Source of the DNA: the human T2T-CHM13v2.0 reference genome, Homo sapiens
Strand: one strand, 5' to 3'
Length of the DNA stretch: 64,000 bases
Assembly: GCF_009914755.1 (NCBI RefSeq)
Contig: NC_060927.1
The notes beneath the pieces were generated by a model. The model saw only the letters and a list, made by a program, of their open reading frames with translations, had not been told where the DNA came from and searched no databases. Positions 1 to 14,239 of this stretch are shown here, in pieces. The translations under genes were made by a program, and so were the position numbers. Numbering within the stretch: the stretch's first letter is position 1; each line of letters opens with the position of its first letter.

Positions 1-371
1 TGTTCTTCTCCACTCCTCTGCTTTAATTTCCCTTCCCTGCTGCTTTGCATATTGAACAATAATGAATGTTTTCTGAGCTCCCACTGTCCTCTCACCTACT
101 CTCACTCTCAACAAAAATGGAAAAGTTTTTTAAAGCCAATTTCATTTTATATTAAATTCTACCAAAATTTGCTCAATTGCATACGAATGCCCAATGTTAT
201 TAATATTTTTTCCTTGAAAAGATGCATTCAGAAAAGAGTGATCATTTCAATTAGCTTTTGCTGAAATACTGCAGAAAGTGTTCAGTGATGTGTTTAGCGT
301 CTGTGTATATAAATTAAAATAATGTATAAATGTTTCTAAATATGTAACTCCCCATTTTGCTCATGAAGATT

Positions 372-560
372 GACTGCAAAGGAGTGAGAAGGAATTTTCA
401 GGGGTAAAAGGAACCTTCTACATCTTGATTGTGATTACATGGGTATATATAGCTTATATGTATATGTGTGCATTTGTGTGTGTGTGTGTGGTGTGTGCAC
501 ATGTGTTTTTGTAAAAGTCATCAAAGTCTATAGGTAAGATCTGCAAATTATAAGTGAGAA
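372..560 (+). mobile_element. Old L1 (L1ME/L1MC-type) 3' UTR remnant with internal TG-rich tract
   Basis: 'gactgcaaagg...aaggaattttcagggg...ttctacatcttgattgtg...tacatgggtatatat' resembles L1ME 3' ends; TG-rich run at ~465-500. Confidence 0.5.
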
Positions 561-2344
561 TCTGTCATATGTGTTCAAACGATTAAAAGCAGGGAGCCTC
601 AGCAGCTGAGAACTCAGACATTAGCCCTAGACAAATAAATGTGTGATTAAAAATTGATAAGTGGTTTGAAAACATGGTAACTGTCAGAGAAAATATGTTG
701 TAAACGATGATTTAATATAATTAAACATGAATCACAGCAAAAGTATTTAAAAACTGTGATCCACAACTCAATTTCAACTACGAATATGATGGTATCTATA
801 TGTTCATTGCTGGGGTTGGTGGGTGTGTAGGATTGAGGGAGAATAGAATATATTTTCGCAGGTAAGATTCAAATATTCCGAAATTCACTCAATTGCATAT
901 GGATTTCCAATTATATTTGTATATTTTTTCCTGAAAATTTAGATTTTAGTGGGAAATAAATTCCTCAAATTTAAGCAGAAGAAAAATGGACCTGTGGAGG
1001 GAGAAAAATAATTTGAAGTTATGTATTTTTAGCATTTCCAACAGCTCTTTAAAAAAAATACTATTTATAGGCATTTGAAAGATCCAGTAGAAAATTATTA
1101 ACCTGAGAAGCTACTAAAATCAATACAAAGGATGAACATTATAGTATTTGTCTCTGCACAGAACACAATTAGTCATAGTAATACAAATTTATAATAAAAT
1201 CACATGAGGAATGATAATTATTATCAGTAAATATGTTAGAAACTGATAAATCATGAATTAGAAGTATATTAAGAATGTGAACATAAATTTCAGAGGAAAC
1301 AACTGAAAATATTATTCCTTATTTATATTTAAACACTTTGCATATATTTGATGAATAAATTTTAATTTAAAAATAAGGAAAGCAGCATACCTTTACAGAA
1401 GCATGCTGCAGGAAGGAGCTCCAATACAGTTGAAGCTCCAATTTTAGGAATGAGAGAAATTCCTAAAATTTATCCTTCGATCTCTTTTCCTTTCCTTAAG
1501 CAACCTGTATCTATATTTCTGCCTCTTTCCCATCTTTATCCACAGCCCTGTTCACTGGGGCAGAGCTATGTCTCTTCCGAGGCATGGTTGGGTATTCCCT
1601 TCTCATGCAGTAAGATTTCAAGGTATTTCTACGACAGAAGAAATCTTTATAATAAGTAGGAAACTTTCACACAATTGTATTCATTTTATTGTAAGAGCTA
1701 AAGACAAACCACATATCAGAAAAGTGAAAGAAAAGATACTATAGCTCGTAGTGTTGTTTTAATGCAGTAGCATTAAATATATCAATCATATATTTTTTCT
1801 TTTATGCTGTATTTTCTGGATATTCTTCACCTAAAAATTAGCCTTCTGTTTTAGAACGAATAAAGAAACAAACACCCCTTAGTGATTTGCACTTACTCCT
1901 CCGTGCACCCTCAAATAGCCATTGGGCAGAGACATATGATTCCAGTTTTTTTTTCCCTCTCACAATTATTATTGGAAGCCTCATCCACTACGGTTACATT
2001 TCAGTCACCTATCTTTGGGTCATGTGTTTATCTGTATCCTCAGACCCCAACCCAGAAGCACAGCAGCTGTTGCCAGTGACCTTCTTCCTTGCCATCTGGC
2101 TCTATTTCAGATACTTGGTAAGTTTTCTCTGCCCTTCTAAGGGGGAGAGCAAGTTCTCTCAAGGACTCACGAGGCTTTGCTGCCAACAAGTATCATCAGT
2201 GCAGAAAACAAAGTATTCTGTTTCAGAGAAGATTTCCAGGGCTTTCTCCTATCTTATATTTAATTATATACATAATGCTTGTTATTGGTAGAGAGTGTTA
2301 TATAAAAAGTAAAAATAAACAAAAAAACATTCTTTTTCTCCCTA

Positions 2345-3512
2345 TTAACTTTTATTTTAAGTTCCAGGGTACACATGCAGAAGGTGAAGGTTTGTTGCCT
2401 AGGTAAATGTGTGTCATGGTGATTTGCTGCACAGATCAATCCATCACCTAGGTATTAAGTCCAACATCCATTAGCTATTCTTCCTGATGCTCTCCCTCCT
2501 CCTGCCCCATGACAGGGTCCAGTGTGTGTTGTTTCTGCCACGTGTCCATGTGTTGTCATTGTTCAGCTCGCCCTCATAAGTGAGAACATGCAGTATTTGG
2601 TTTTCTGTTTGTGTGTTAGTTTGCTGAGGATAACAGCTTCTAGATCCATCCCTGTCCCTGCAAAGGACATGATCTCATTCGTTTTTATGACTGGATAGTA
2701 GTCCATGGTGTACATGTACCACATTTTCTTTATCCAGTCTATTATTATGGGCATTTAGGTTGATTCCATGTTTTGTTATTGTTATAGTGCTGCAGTGAAC
2801 ATACGTATGCATGTATCTTTTTAATAGAATGATTTATATTCCTTTGAGTATATACTCAGTGAGGGATTCCTGTGTCAAATGGTGTTTCTGCTTCTAGATC
2901 TTTGAGGATTCGCTACACTGTCTTCTACAACGGTTGAACTAATTTACACTCTCACCAACAGTGTAAAAGCTTTCCTTTTTCTCCACAACCTCGCCAGCAT
3001 CTGTTGTTTCTTGACTTTTTAATAATCGCCATGCTGACTGACGTGAGATGGTATCTTATTGTGGTTTTGATTTGCGTTTCTCTAATGATCAGTGATGTTG
3101 AGCTTTTTTCGTGTTTGTTGGCTGCATGAATGTCTTCTTTTGAGAAATGTCTGTTGAAGTCCTTTGCCCACTTTTTGATAGGGTTGTTTTGTTTGCTTCT
3201 TGTAAATTTCTTTAAGATCCTTGTGGACTCTGGATATTAGGCCTTTGCCAGATGGATCAACTGCACAAATTCTCTCCCATTCTGTAGGTTGTCTGTTAAT
3301 GCTGATGATAGTTTCTTTTGCTGTGCAGAAGCTAGTTACTTTAATTAGATCCCATTTGTCAATTGTTGCTCTTGTTGCAGTTGCTTTTTGTGTTTTCATC
3401 ATGAAATATTTGCCCATGCCTATGTCCTGAATGGTATTGTCTATATTTTCTTCTAAGGTTTTATAGTTTTGGGTTTCAACATCTGAGTCTTAAAACCATC
3501 TTGAATTATTTT
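2345..3512 (-). mobile_element. 5'-truncated L1, older primate type (L1PA13-16-like)
   Basis: Reverse L1 3' UTR ('gcacagatcaatccatcacctaggtattaag...attagctattcttcctgatgctctccc'); minus ORFs 2563-2754 and 3082-3417 translate to the ORF2 C-terminus ([16 protein letters not shown]). Confidence 0.9.
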
Positions 3513-4759
3513 AACCAAAAAACTTTTTAAAGGTATCTTTGAATAGATGTTACGGGTATTTGAGACTGCAGTAAATTTAATTTACTGTAGACTTGGAACT
3601 TTCCTCTGGCTGCCTCTTTGATATCTCATTGCTTGGGCAAGTTTTCCTTCTTGCACTTAGTTTTACCCTAAGTAAAGGGTATCATTGTCCTCATAGACTC
3701 TAAAGTTAAGGCTGCAAACTTGACTTATCTGTGAATACGTTTAAGTCAGCTTGAATATAAGATTGTGATACTCTAGAAATACTAGCATCATCTAAAAAAA
3801 ATAGAAAAGAATTCTACTTTCTCTTATGGAAATGAGATATCAGTTTGATGCCAAATAAGGTATAAAAAATAAATGCAAGATTTTATTTTCTGCTTAAAGA
3901 CACCCATAAGTGGTTATGCTTTCAGTTACCTTTCATTTAGATGACATGGGTATCAACTGTATTTTGCATGAACCTGATTTATGCTCACAATGGCATATTT
4001 AACATGTTTTAATGATTGGATTATATACTGAAATACACTACATTATGCATATTATAAATTCTATAGCTTCAATAATGTTTGTTAACTTTGTGAAACATAT
4101 GGTCATAAGATAACAATGTGACCCCGTGGTTGTTATTCTAAAATTATCTTTCTTATCTGTCACTTTTTTTTCTTACTTTGGTGCTAATATGAACAGATAA
4201 TGATTAAGATTATTCAGACTTCTACAAACAACTAGAAGAAAGGCAAGATTTCCACTTAACCTGGTCGAGCTCTCCAAATCAGCACTTGCAATACAAAGCA
4301 ACCATTTTGATGTCTATATTTATTTATGAGCATGTAGTTCTGGATTTTTTGTTTTCTTTCTCTTTGTAGCAACAGCTATGGGTGAAGAAATGTCTGTTTA
4401 GCATGCAAATTCCTGGAGAGACTGTCATTTGAACTAACTTTTCATAGTTCCTAACAGTGTCAAAATTTTAAGGTGGCAGAATGCTTTTTAATAATAGAGA
4501 GATAAAAAATATAGAAACTAACCCATTTCTTCTCTGGGACGCATGAGATAAAGTGGAGTAACTAAGCAGATAACAGTAAACTTGTGCTTCATGCTATAAC
4601 CCTTAGAGTGAATCCCTTTATCTCCCAGAGTGTTTCATGGGAACGAAACAAAGTGAAACAGCTTTCAGAGAGATCTCTGGAACCCATCCTTAGTGATCCT
4701 CCTCCTCAGCCTTGTATCTAACAGGAGCTTCTACAGACTCTGCCAAATATAAATCCAGA

Positions 4760-4898
4760 CACATTTTAGGACTGATGCTTCAGTTGCGGATCTGATGAAC
4801 TCTATGAATCACCTCCCCAAGAATATATGCATATGCACATAAAAGAAAACTTTGCAAATGTTTCTATCATACCAGAGACCTAGTCATAGATGCCCCTG
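4760..4898. mobile_element. MER117-like hAT DNA transposon remnant
   Basis: 'gatctgatgaactctatgaatcacctccccaagaatatatgcatatgcac...aactttgcaa...cccctg' resembles MER117. Confidence 0.5.
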
Positions 4899-4984
4899 CC
4901 TCTGAGTTAGCCATAACACTGTTGGTAATTATAGACATAATTTACTTTAACCTTTTTTGGAAATAGCTTTCGTGTTGTCCTCTG

Positions 4985-5720
4985 CAGGATCACATTTTCT
5001 TTATTCTCACTCCTTGAACTTTGGGAGGGACTGATCCAATCTCTTGCTCTGTCTGGGTGGCCACATGACTCAGGCTTGGACATGTTGGCCACATGTTGAG
5101 GTTAGGTATAGTCATGTGACTGAAGCCATGTAAATGAGCCCCTGGAGAATTTGGGGGAGCTTCAGGGAAAAGGTTTTAAAAAATGTTTTGATCCGTTAGT
5201 AGTGTGTATAAAATATGTTTGGTCATGCTGGCAACTGCTATGCAGAGTCTAGGATTAAGACAAGAGAGAAAATTAAGGACAAATCCAGGAAGAGGAAAGA
5301 GAGAAACTGAGAGAAAGTCATCATTTGAGTCCCTAAATCCACAGTGTTGGCCACATGTTGAGGTTAGATATAGTCATGTGACTGAAGCCATGTAAATGAG
5401 CCCCTGGAGAATTTGGGGGAGCTTCAGGGAAAAGGTTTTAAAAAATGTTTTGATCCATTAGTAGTGTGTATAAAATATGTTTGGTCATGCTGGCAACTGC
5501 TATGCAGAGTCTAGGGTTAAGACTGGAGAGAAAACCAAGGACAAATCCAGGAAGAGGAAAGAGAGAAACTGAGAGAAAGTCATCATTTGAGTCTCTAAAT
5601 CCACAGTGCCTAGAACAAGGCATCACTTACAACTTTTCATTAATGGGAGCCAAGTTCCCTTTGTGTGCTTAAGCCAATTTGATTTGGATTTCTGTCCCTT
5701 ACAAACATGAGTTCTGAACA
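4985..5720 (+). mobile_element. MLT1-family (MaLR) solo LTR, old, containing an internal tandem duplication
   Basis: MLT1 motifs 'ggtggccacatgactcagg' and 3' end 'ttccctttgtgtgcttaagccaatttgatttggatttctgtcccttacaa'. Confidence 0.6.
5083..5608 (+). repeat. Tandem duplication, 2 x 262 bp, ~97% identical
   Basis: 'tgttggccacatgttgagg' starts at 5083 and 5345; ORFs at 5204 and 5466 are offset by 262; 8 mismatches by eye. Confidence 0.97.
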
Positions 5721-6444
5721 AGGGACTCAGCTACTGAGGTAGAAGTGTAATTATATAGCAGGGGAATAAATCCAACTTCTTTGTCTTGGCAAAAAACCTG
5801 TCTTGGAAAAAATCAGTGGATTTTCCTTTCCAAGTAGAAATGCAGTGCAATTCTAAATGGAAAGAAAATACCTAAATGAAATCCTTTGATTCTTTAAGCT
5901 TGAAGGGGAATATGACGTTCAATATATATTAATTGCTTTATATAGCCTTATTTAAAATCATTAATCTTCAGATATCAGAATCTATATAGATAAGTAAAAA
6001 TGAAAAATGAGGGTCATTTCATGGCTCTTATTGTATTTTTCATTTTAAAAATATGGATATGATGATTAAATTTCTATCCAACTATTTAAAATATATAAAA
6101 ATGTCCAAAATCAGTGTGAGTTGGAGCTGATATGCATCCCTTTGAAAAGTCAAATGATCATACAGTTTCAAACCTTAGTTTCATGCCTAAAATATCATGG
6201 GAACAGCACTTCATGAAGAGGAATGCCCAAGTGTCTTATTAAACTGTTAGGTCATAGCACATCAAAGCTGGGATGTAGTGCAGGATCAAATGTAACACAA
6301 TCAAATTGGCAAGCAATGAAAGTAACCCATAATTATGTTTCAGATACAAGGTGGAAATCAAGGTCTAAAATGACACAAGTTTCAGATAGAAGTCACTCAA
6401 CAGTAAAGGGGAAAATAATTAGTGGGAAGCAGTATACACAGATG

Positions 6445-6725
6445 TGAGAATGCAAACTTTAGTTTTAGATATACTTGGATTCAGTCACTAGCTTCATTAT
6501 CTATATAATCTAAAGTCCATGACTTCTACAAGTTACTTAATATTTCTAAGCCTCAATATCCTTATCTGTAAAATGGAGATAATAGAATTTATTTCATAAA
6601 ATTGTGAGAACTAATTGAACTACTGCCATATTATTATTTGAGCTTTAAAACCATGAGACAATGCACATCAAGTGCTTAGCAAGGTTCTTGACCCAGAGTT
6701 AGCATTCGGTGAATTGTAACTGCTC
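6445..6725 (+). mobile_element. MIR SINE
   Basis: MIR core 'aagttacttaatatttctaagcctcaatatccttatctgtaaaatggagataatag'. Confidence 0.8.
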
Positions 6726-7038
6726 TTTTATGATAATTATCATTATAATCATTATAATAGCATCAACCAATTCAATTCTAGTTTGCACAATAATTCATTA
6801 ATGACCAGTCCAATTCTTGCTCAAAAGGTAATATTCATTTATGCACCCAGCACATGCAGAAGTAATATATTGGTTTGCATTCATATGTTTGCAACGCAGA
6901 CACATAGTGTATGAACAGACCAGCAAGTTATTCAGCAGTTATAATGATGCTTATAAACAAGCTTTTGTAGTCAAACCCTGAGTTTTTATGCTGTCTTTTA
7001 CATTGTATGTGATATGAATTTCATCTGAGGTTGCTTTT

Positions 7039-7256
7039 CTGGGGTGTCTAATCTTTTGGCTTCCCAGGGCCAGATTGAAAGAAGAATGGTATTGGGCCAC
7101 ACATAAAATACAGTAACACTAACGATAGCTGATAAGCTAAAAAAATCGCAAAATAAATCTCATATGTTCTCAGAAAGTTTATGAATTTGTTTTGGGCTGC
7201 ATTCAAAGCTGTTCTGGGCCACATGCGGCTCGAGGGCCATGGGCTGGACAAGCTTG
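7039..7256. mobile_element. MER30 (hAT-Charlie MITE)
   Basis: 'ggggtgtctaatcttttggcttccc...ttgggccacacataaaataca...gggctggacaagcttg' follows MER30 end to end. Confidence 0.88.
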
Positions 7257-7361
7257 CTTTAAATGATATAGTGATTTCTGTCTGTTTACCATTCAGATTT
7301 CTTCTTATATTTTAGGATTCTTTCTTTAAGCCTTGGCATGGCAATATAAAAGAATTTAGCA

Positions 7362-7514
7362 GGCTTGGTGGGGTGGTTCACACCTGAATCCCAGCACTTT
7401 GGGAGGCTGAGGTGGGAGGATTGCTTGAGACCAGGAGTTTGAGACCAGCCTGGGCAATATAGCAAGACCCAGTCTCTAAAAAAAAAAAAAAATAAAAATA
7501 AACTATCTACGTAA
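7362..7514 (+). mobile_element. FLAM-C (free left Alu monomer)
   Basis: Single Alu monomer plus poly(A); 14-bp TSD aaaagaatttagca at 7348-7361 and 7515-7528. Confidence 0.9.
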
Positions 7515-8629
7515 AAAAGAATTTAGCAAAAGATGGGGTTAAGAAAGAGAAGAGTCATGTTCTAAAACATCTATCTGCTGCTGTTAGATACAATTCCTAG
7601 AATAATGATTTCATTTGAGGTTCTTTTCTGGTACCACCTTAAAATATGCCATTTCACAATACATTCCTAACAACTCTAAGATAATTTTAAAATAGTGGCT
7701 GTGATTTGAAAATATAGAACTTAAAGATAACCTTTAAAAGGTAAACATTATCATTATGATTACTTGCAATATTTTTAACCTAAAAATTGAACAAGTAGAA
7801 AATTTCTGAAGTAGGAGTTCCATCTAAAGCAAAGTATTTTGATCTGTGGCTTGAAAGGGATTTGAAATAAATAAAGACTGTTTTTTTTAAAAAAAAATGA
7901 AGGTTTTTAATGGTTACAATTGAGTTAAATTGTGCTGCTTAATATATGGAAAGCAGTGGACTCTGGAGAAGTCCGTGGTCCATAGTCACTTATGTGAATG
8001 ATGTTTTGACCTTGACACAGATTGGTAGAAATATTATACAAAATCTTTGTTTAGAAATGTGCTATTATTGTTATCTATAATTGGATAAAATTCCAGATGT
8101 TTCTTGTTCTTGATTTTACACATATGTTGCCATATATTATAACTAATTTGGTGACATAAAATAATTCTTTAATTAAATGATCATAAATTTTAGGTTATAT
8201 GTAATTTCAAAAAATTTAATGTTCTTAGGAGGCATTATTACAGTTATGTAAAGTAGATAACCAGATTTTAATGAATGTTCCCAAAGATATTGTACACTAA
8301 TACATCCCAAATATTATTAGCATGTTATCTAGTTAAAACATATAGTTCTTATGTCCTGAGTTGTGATGTTTTCAAAATAAAATATTGTCTCAAGCATTAG
8401 AGACATTAGATTTTGATTTGCTCTGCACAATTTTTATGGCAAGAAAATGACCAAAATAGATGTGCTTGGCACTTTGAATAACAGTCAAGACATAATCACA
8501 GCTTAGAAAGGAATCTTCCACCAGAACCATAGAGAAATGCTGATAGTTATTTGATTTAGTGAAAGAGTTTTGCTTGTCAACATCCCATCCATCCTCACCA
8601 CTTTGTTGTCTCCACAGCACTATGACTGG

Positions 8630-8768
8630 TGTGTTGTATCTCCCTCCATACTAAAATGCAAGCTTCTAAGGGCAGGGATTGTGTGTTCTTTATTTCCTGT
8701 GGTATCCCCAGTGCTTAGAATAGCGCCTGGCCCATTGTAGTGATCAATCAATCTTTTTAGATGAATAT
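8630..8768 (+). mobile_element. L2 3' end
   Basis: 'aatgcaagcttctaagggcaggga...tatccccagtgcttagaatagcgcctggc...atgaat'. Confidence 0.75.
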
Positions 8769-8979
8769 TTCAGGTATTAAGTTTTGGATGGAGGCGTGTC
8801 TTTCTTAGCAGTGGTTGAAAAACTAACTGTGGGTGTCTCAGTGAGTCTCAGGTGAGCAAAGTTAATGCTTGACCTGGTTTTTCTGTTTGTGAATAATTAT
8901 AAAGAAATGGGGTCTCTGAAATTTTTATATTTTAAAAAATCTCAAATCCTGATAGGCTTTGAGAACACCTGTTCTATAG

Positions 8980-9237
<258 letters not shown>

Positions 9238-11254
9238 TAGTATTGAGGAAGATAATCAGTATTGGTGCATTACCAAGATCCCTAGTGGCAGAGCAACCAA
9301 AAATGCCTTATTTCTGCATGGTCCTAATTTGTAAACTGGCAACTACTTAGCACTGCAACTACGCATTATGGTAATTGTAGAGTAATCTAGCACCAAATAA
9401 TGACATGAAAGGGCCTTTCCAATATAAAGCCAAATGCTGAAGAGTTTAAATAACAAAATAGTAATAGTAACAGATTTTTTTTTGAAGTCATGTTTATTCT
9501 AGTTCATTCTATTCTTGGAGTCTATTCTAGGAGTTAATTGGCCTTACTTTATCTGAATATTGATTTTAATATTTACCCCTAAGGAATTTGGCCAAAGTAT
9601 ACATTTGATACCCTTCTAGTATATGAAAGTTTTAAGCTGGTGTTATATTACCTATTTTGCTTTAGAACTATTGCTAATAACGTTTTTATAACCCTTTTGA
9701 CAAAGAACCAGTTTTCAAATAAGCTCTTTAAAAATCACTAGAATAATTGTTGGTTATATTCTCTTAATAATATTAGTATAGATGAGATACAAACTTATCT
9801 TTAGCAAAACTACATGAACTTATTTTTAGTCTTTGATATTTAAGTATGTTCCTGTATACCTTCCCCTATATTCCTCTTACCAGCTATTAAGACTTTACCA
9901 TGCTATGGGGCTGGGTAAAGCCCACATGCTTTCCATTTTGCAGTTTGAACTCATAGAACCATTCAGGGCAATCTAGCTCAGCTCTGGATTCTCTGAGCTA
10001 GTATTGAAGTCCTTTGAGGAGGATGTCAAATATCAGTGCTGTTCTTCCTCTCTGTATACGTTGGCTGTTCACACTGACGAGAAGCTAACTTCTTCCCTGT
10101 GAGTTTTCCTCAATTAAATATTAGAGGCAGGAATGAAGCCTCTTACAATCTCCTTTCCTAATTAGAAAGGAACTGGCATATGTCTATGAAAGAAATAAAG
10201 CTTACCCTCCTTTCTTTGACTATATATTTTATCAATTTTATGGTGTTGTCTCTCTTATCTCCAGCGCAATTATAAAATTCGAGGAGATAAATTATTACAA
10301 ATAAGTCCACTCTAAATATACAACCCCATATTATAAAACGATTGAGCAAGAAGTAAACTGTGCTCTATTCTGCTCACAGGAGATAGATTAGCTTGACCAT
10401 TTTGAACGAGCCTTCTTGGAACAACCCCATTTGCCCTTGGATGCCAGCATCTTTTCCTGTGCCCAATAAGCAGCCAGTATGATGCAGAGTACACTAAAAA
10501 TAAGAACTCTGGAATCAGATGAAATGAGGCCACTGCACTGTGAAAACTTAGAAAAGTAGAAAGTAATTTAGTTGTATTTAAATGTTCCAACTTTCTTTAG
10601 CTTTTCAGGTGGTGCTTTCTGGAATCTGAGAGCCGCTCTGGCTGTCAAGGTTTATTTTGGTTCTCTTTCTTCTGTTATTTCATAGCTATGCCGAGGAATT
10701 GCATATTTTCCAGAATTCCTTAAATTCTAGGGAAAAAATGAAACACATGCACCCTTATCCCTCTCTTAACTTCCATCTTTACTATGGGGTTTTCCAGATG
10801 GGGAATATAGGAAGTAATAATGAAGATGATACTACACAGCCACCGTGGTTAGTGGGTTGGTTGGAGATACCACTGTCAATTTCACTGCAGTGGCAGAAGA
10901 TACGAATTTTGATCCTTAAACTAGGATCCATTTGTGCCTTATCCATGGCAAACTGGTTAATTTTGACATCACAGCATTCTGTAATATAAGCCTGGGGAAA
11001 TTGGGATTCAATATGATTTATATTCCAATTGCATTCATTACTTCGGAATGTTTAATTGAATAATTTATAACAGATATGTAGAATTTTTAAATCAAATGTT
11101 ACACATTAGTGGAAATTCAAATTTTATTAATAATACTTCTCTTCTAAGCAATGACTTGGCTAACTCTTCTGAATTATCCACCCTTACCCTGCTGAAAGAA
11201 ATGTGATTACATTTGAGTTCCTTGAAAGGAAGCAACCCCAAAACACCCAATTAA

Positions 11255-11590
11255 GAAATAGAACAGAGTATACTAGAAGCTGGGAGGGGTAGGGGGAAGA
11301 GGGTTGATGGGGAGAAATTTGTTAAAGGATACGAAATTACTGCTGTGTAGAAGGAATAAATTCTAGTGGTCTATATCACTGTAGGATGACTGTAATAAAC
11401 AATAATGTATTATGTAGTTTCACATATCGAGAAGGAAGATATTGAATCTTTCCAAGAAAAAGAAATGATAAATGTTTGAGATGATGGATGTGTTAATTAC
11501 CCTGATCTGATTGCTATAAATTACATGATGAAAACATCACTACATACCCCATTAATATGTACAATCATTGTTCATCAAGTTAAAAAAATT
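11255..11590 (+). mobile_element. L1MA-type 3' UTR
   Basis: 'aggaataaattctagtg...aaagaaatgataaatgtttgagatgatggatgtgttaattaccctgat' L1MA 3' motifs. Confidence 0.8.
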
Positions 11591-11592
11591 TT

Positions 11593-11831
<239 letters not shown>

Positions 11832-11859
11832 TGAGAAAAGACATAGAGAATCCAGGTTT

Positions 11860-12860
11860 TATATATGACTCAGAAATTCCATTTCTAGGAATATACGCAG
11901 GAGAACTAAAAGCATATCAACACAAAAAATTGCACATAAATGTTCATAGAAGCACAGTAGCCACAACATAAAAACAACTCAAATGTCCACTGACTAATCA
12001 ATGGATAACCAAAATATGGTATGTCATACAATGGAATGTTGTTTAGAAATAAAAAGCCCATCAGTAATAGACTGGATAAAGAAAATGTGGCACATATACA
12101 CCATGGAATACTATGCAGTCACAAAAAAAAATGAATGAATGAGTTTATGTCCTTCGCAGGGACATGGATAAAGCTGGAAACCATCATCCTCAGTAAACTA
12201 ATACAGGAACGGAAAACCAAACACCGCTTGTTCTCACTCATAAGTGGAAGCTGAACAATGAGAACACATGGACACAGGGAGGGGAACATCACACACCAGG
12301 GCCTGTCAGGGGGTCGGGGGAAAGGGGAGGGAGAGCATTAGGACAAATACCTAATGCATATGGAGCTTAAAACCTAGATGATAGGTTGATAGGTGCAGCA
12401 AACCACCATGGCACATGTATACCTATGTAACAAACCTGCACGTTCAGCACATGTATCCCAGAACTTAAAGTAAAATTAAAAAAAAAAAAGAAATGAAGTA
12501 TTGATGCATACTACAACACGGTTGAACCTTGAGAACAGTATGTTAAGTGAGAGAGGCCAGTTACAAAAACCATATATTCTATTATTCATTAATATGTAAG
12601 GTCCAAAATAGGCAAGTTTATTAAGACAAAGATAGATAGAAGTTTCCTAGGACTGGAGGGTGGAAGTGACAAGGAATGGATCAAGGTAATGGGTACAGAA
12701 TTTCTTTTTGGGATAATGAGAGTGTTTAAAATTCAATTGTAGTGATGTTTGTACCACTTTACAAATATACTAAAAACCAATAAGCGTATATTTTAAATGA
12801 GAAAATTATATGGTATGTGATTTATATCTCAGTAAAGCTGTTACTTTTTAAAAATAAGAT
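11860..12860 (+). mobile_element. L1MB-type 3' end, interrupted by a younger L1
   Basis: 'aaatgaagtattgatgcatactacaacacggttgaaccttgagaac...ttaagtgagagaggccag' resumes directly after the nested L1. Confidence 0.75.
12056..12489 (+). mobile_element. L1PA8/10-like 3' end nested in L1MB
   Basis: 'tagactggataaagaaaatgtggcac...gcttaaaacctagatgataggttgataggtgcagc...cccagaacttaaagtaaaa' plus poly(A). Confidence 0.9.
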
Positions 12861-14239
12861 TTTAAAAGTAATTTTTTTAAAAAATGATCAACCATTTGTA
12901 AGAAATGGAATCCAGATAATTACCACTGGATCAATTTGCAAATATTTCTATTTGCACTAAAGGATCTTGTTGGCGATACTATGCTGAATGCTTAATTATG
13001 CTATTAGAAAGTGGTATTGTCATAAAGCAAGAACTTTTTTTTAGAAATTGTTGTATAGCACATTTGTATATGAAGAATGAAGTATTATTGCCTTAGAAAA
13101 GCTGACAATGTGTATCATGAACCCATTTCATTATTTTGAAAACTACATTTCGATCTTGTATTCATGCTCTAATTCACAAGTTAGAAAAAATTCATTTCAT
13201 TGTTTCAGGCCTGGATTAATGAGGTTCAAAATATGTAAATGACATATTGAATTCCAAACCCAGTTATACTGATTCCATCTAAAATAAGGCATATTAAAAT
13301 ATTCACTTCAGTATGATCATGCTTTCTGCCAATGTGATTAGGAATTGGGACTTATGTGATAAGAAAACACATAGAAGAATGTGTTTCAGGGATATAAAAA
13401 TCACCATTTATTCAAATATTTATTGAACATCCATAAAATTTGCCCTATGATGATGCTACATACTCAGAAAGATGAGAAAAGCAAATACGCTGTCTTTAGG
13501 GGCTGGTTGAGAAAGAAGGAAAGATAAAAGGATACACACATACACACACGTAAGAACACATATAAACACACAGGAAAATTACCACACAAACTTATAGGCA
13601 AATGCATACCCAGTAACATACACACACGAGAATATCAACATGAAACATATGTGTGGACACATGTGCACACACAAACAAAAACAAACAAAAAAAGGAGAGA
13701 AATAAATTGAAATCATTTCTCTTTGAGAGGGTCAGGGACATTGAAGAAGTACCTTGTGTCACACTGTTACAGTATAGAAGATGTACTTGGGAGAGTAGTG
13801 TTTGGATTTGGAAAAACAATCATTGAGAATCAAAAGATGGTTACATAAACCTAAACCAATAACAACAACAGTATGTTTATTGGGGGTGGGAGGGGATTCT
13901 TGACTATTAGTGAAAACACCTTGATATTAGTAGGTTTGAGAATTGATGTCATGTTTTTAGGTGACAGTTTCCATGATGAGATTGGATAAATTTAATAACA
14001 GCCTGGGATTGAAATTGACAAAATGTTACAATGTTAAATTAGGGTGCTAAATTCTTCTACCAAGACAAAACTGATCACATGAAGTCCAGACTGAATAGTA
14101 ACAAGTGCCAAAAAGAAACAAGTGTGAATGATGAGACTGAAATGTGGTGTTGGTGGAGTGAGATTTGAAGATTTACTTTACTGATGCCATATGTCCATGT
14201 TGCTGTTTTGTAAGATCTGTCGTATACTGGGCATTGTGA

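Noticed and set aside
723-741. 19-bp match aaacatgaatcacagcaaa to ~24367
   Set aside because: Does not extend on either side; plausible by chance in 64 kb of AT-rich DNA
3566-3590. Hairpin ctgcagtaaatt-t-aatttactgtag
   Set aside because: Isolated, AT-rich and short, with no supporting context
5083-5608. CRISPR-like or satellite array
   Set aside because: Only two long units and no spacers; a simple tandem duplication
10609-10649. Candidate plus-strand exon after 'ctttctttagcttttcag'
   Set aside because: Good acceptor but weak donor (aag|gtttat); no recognisable peptide
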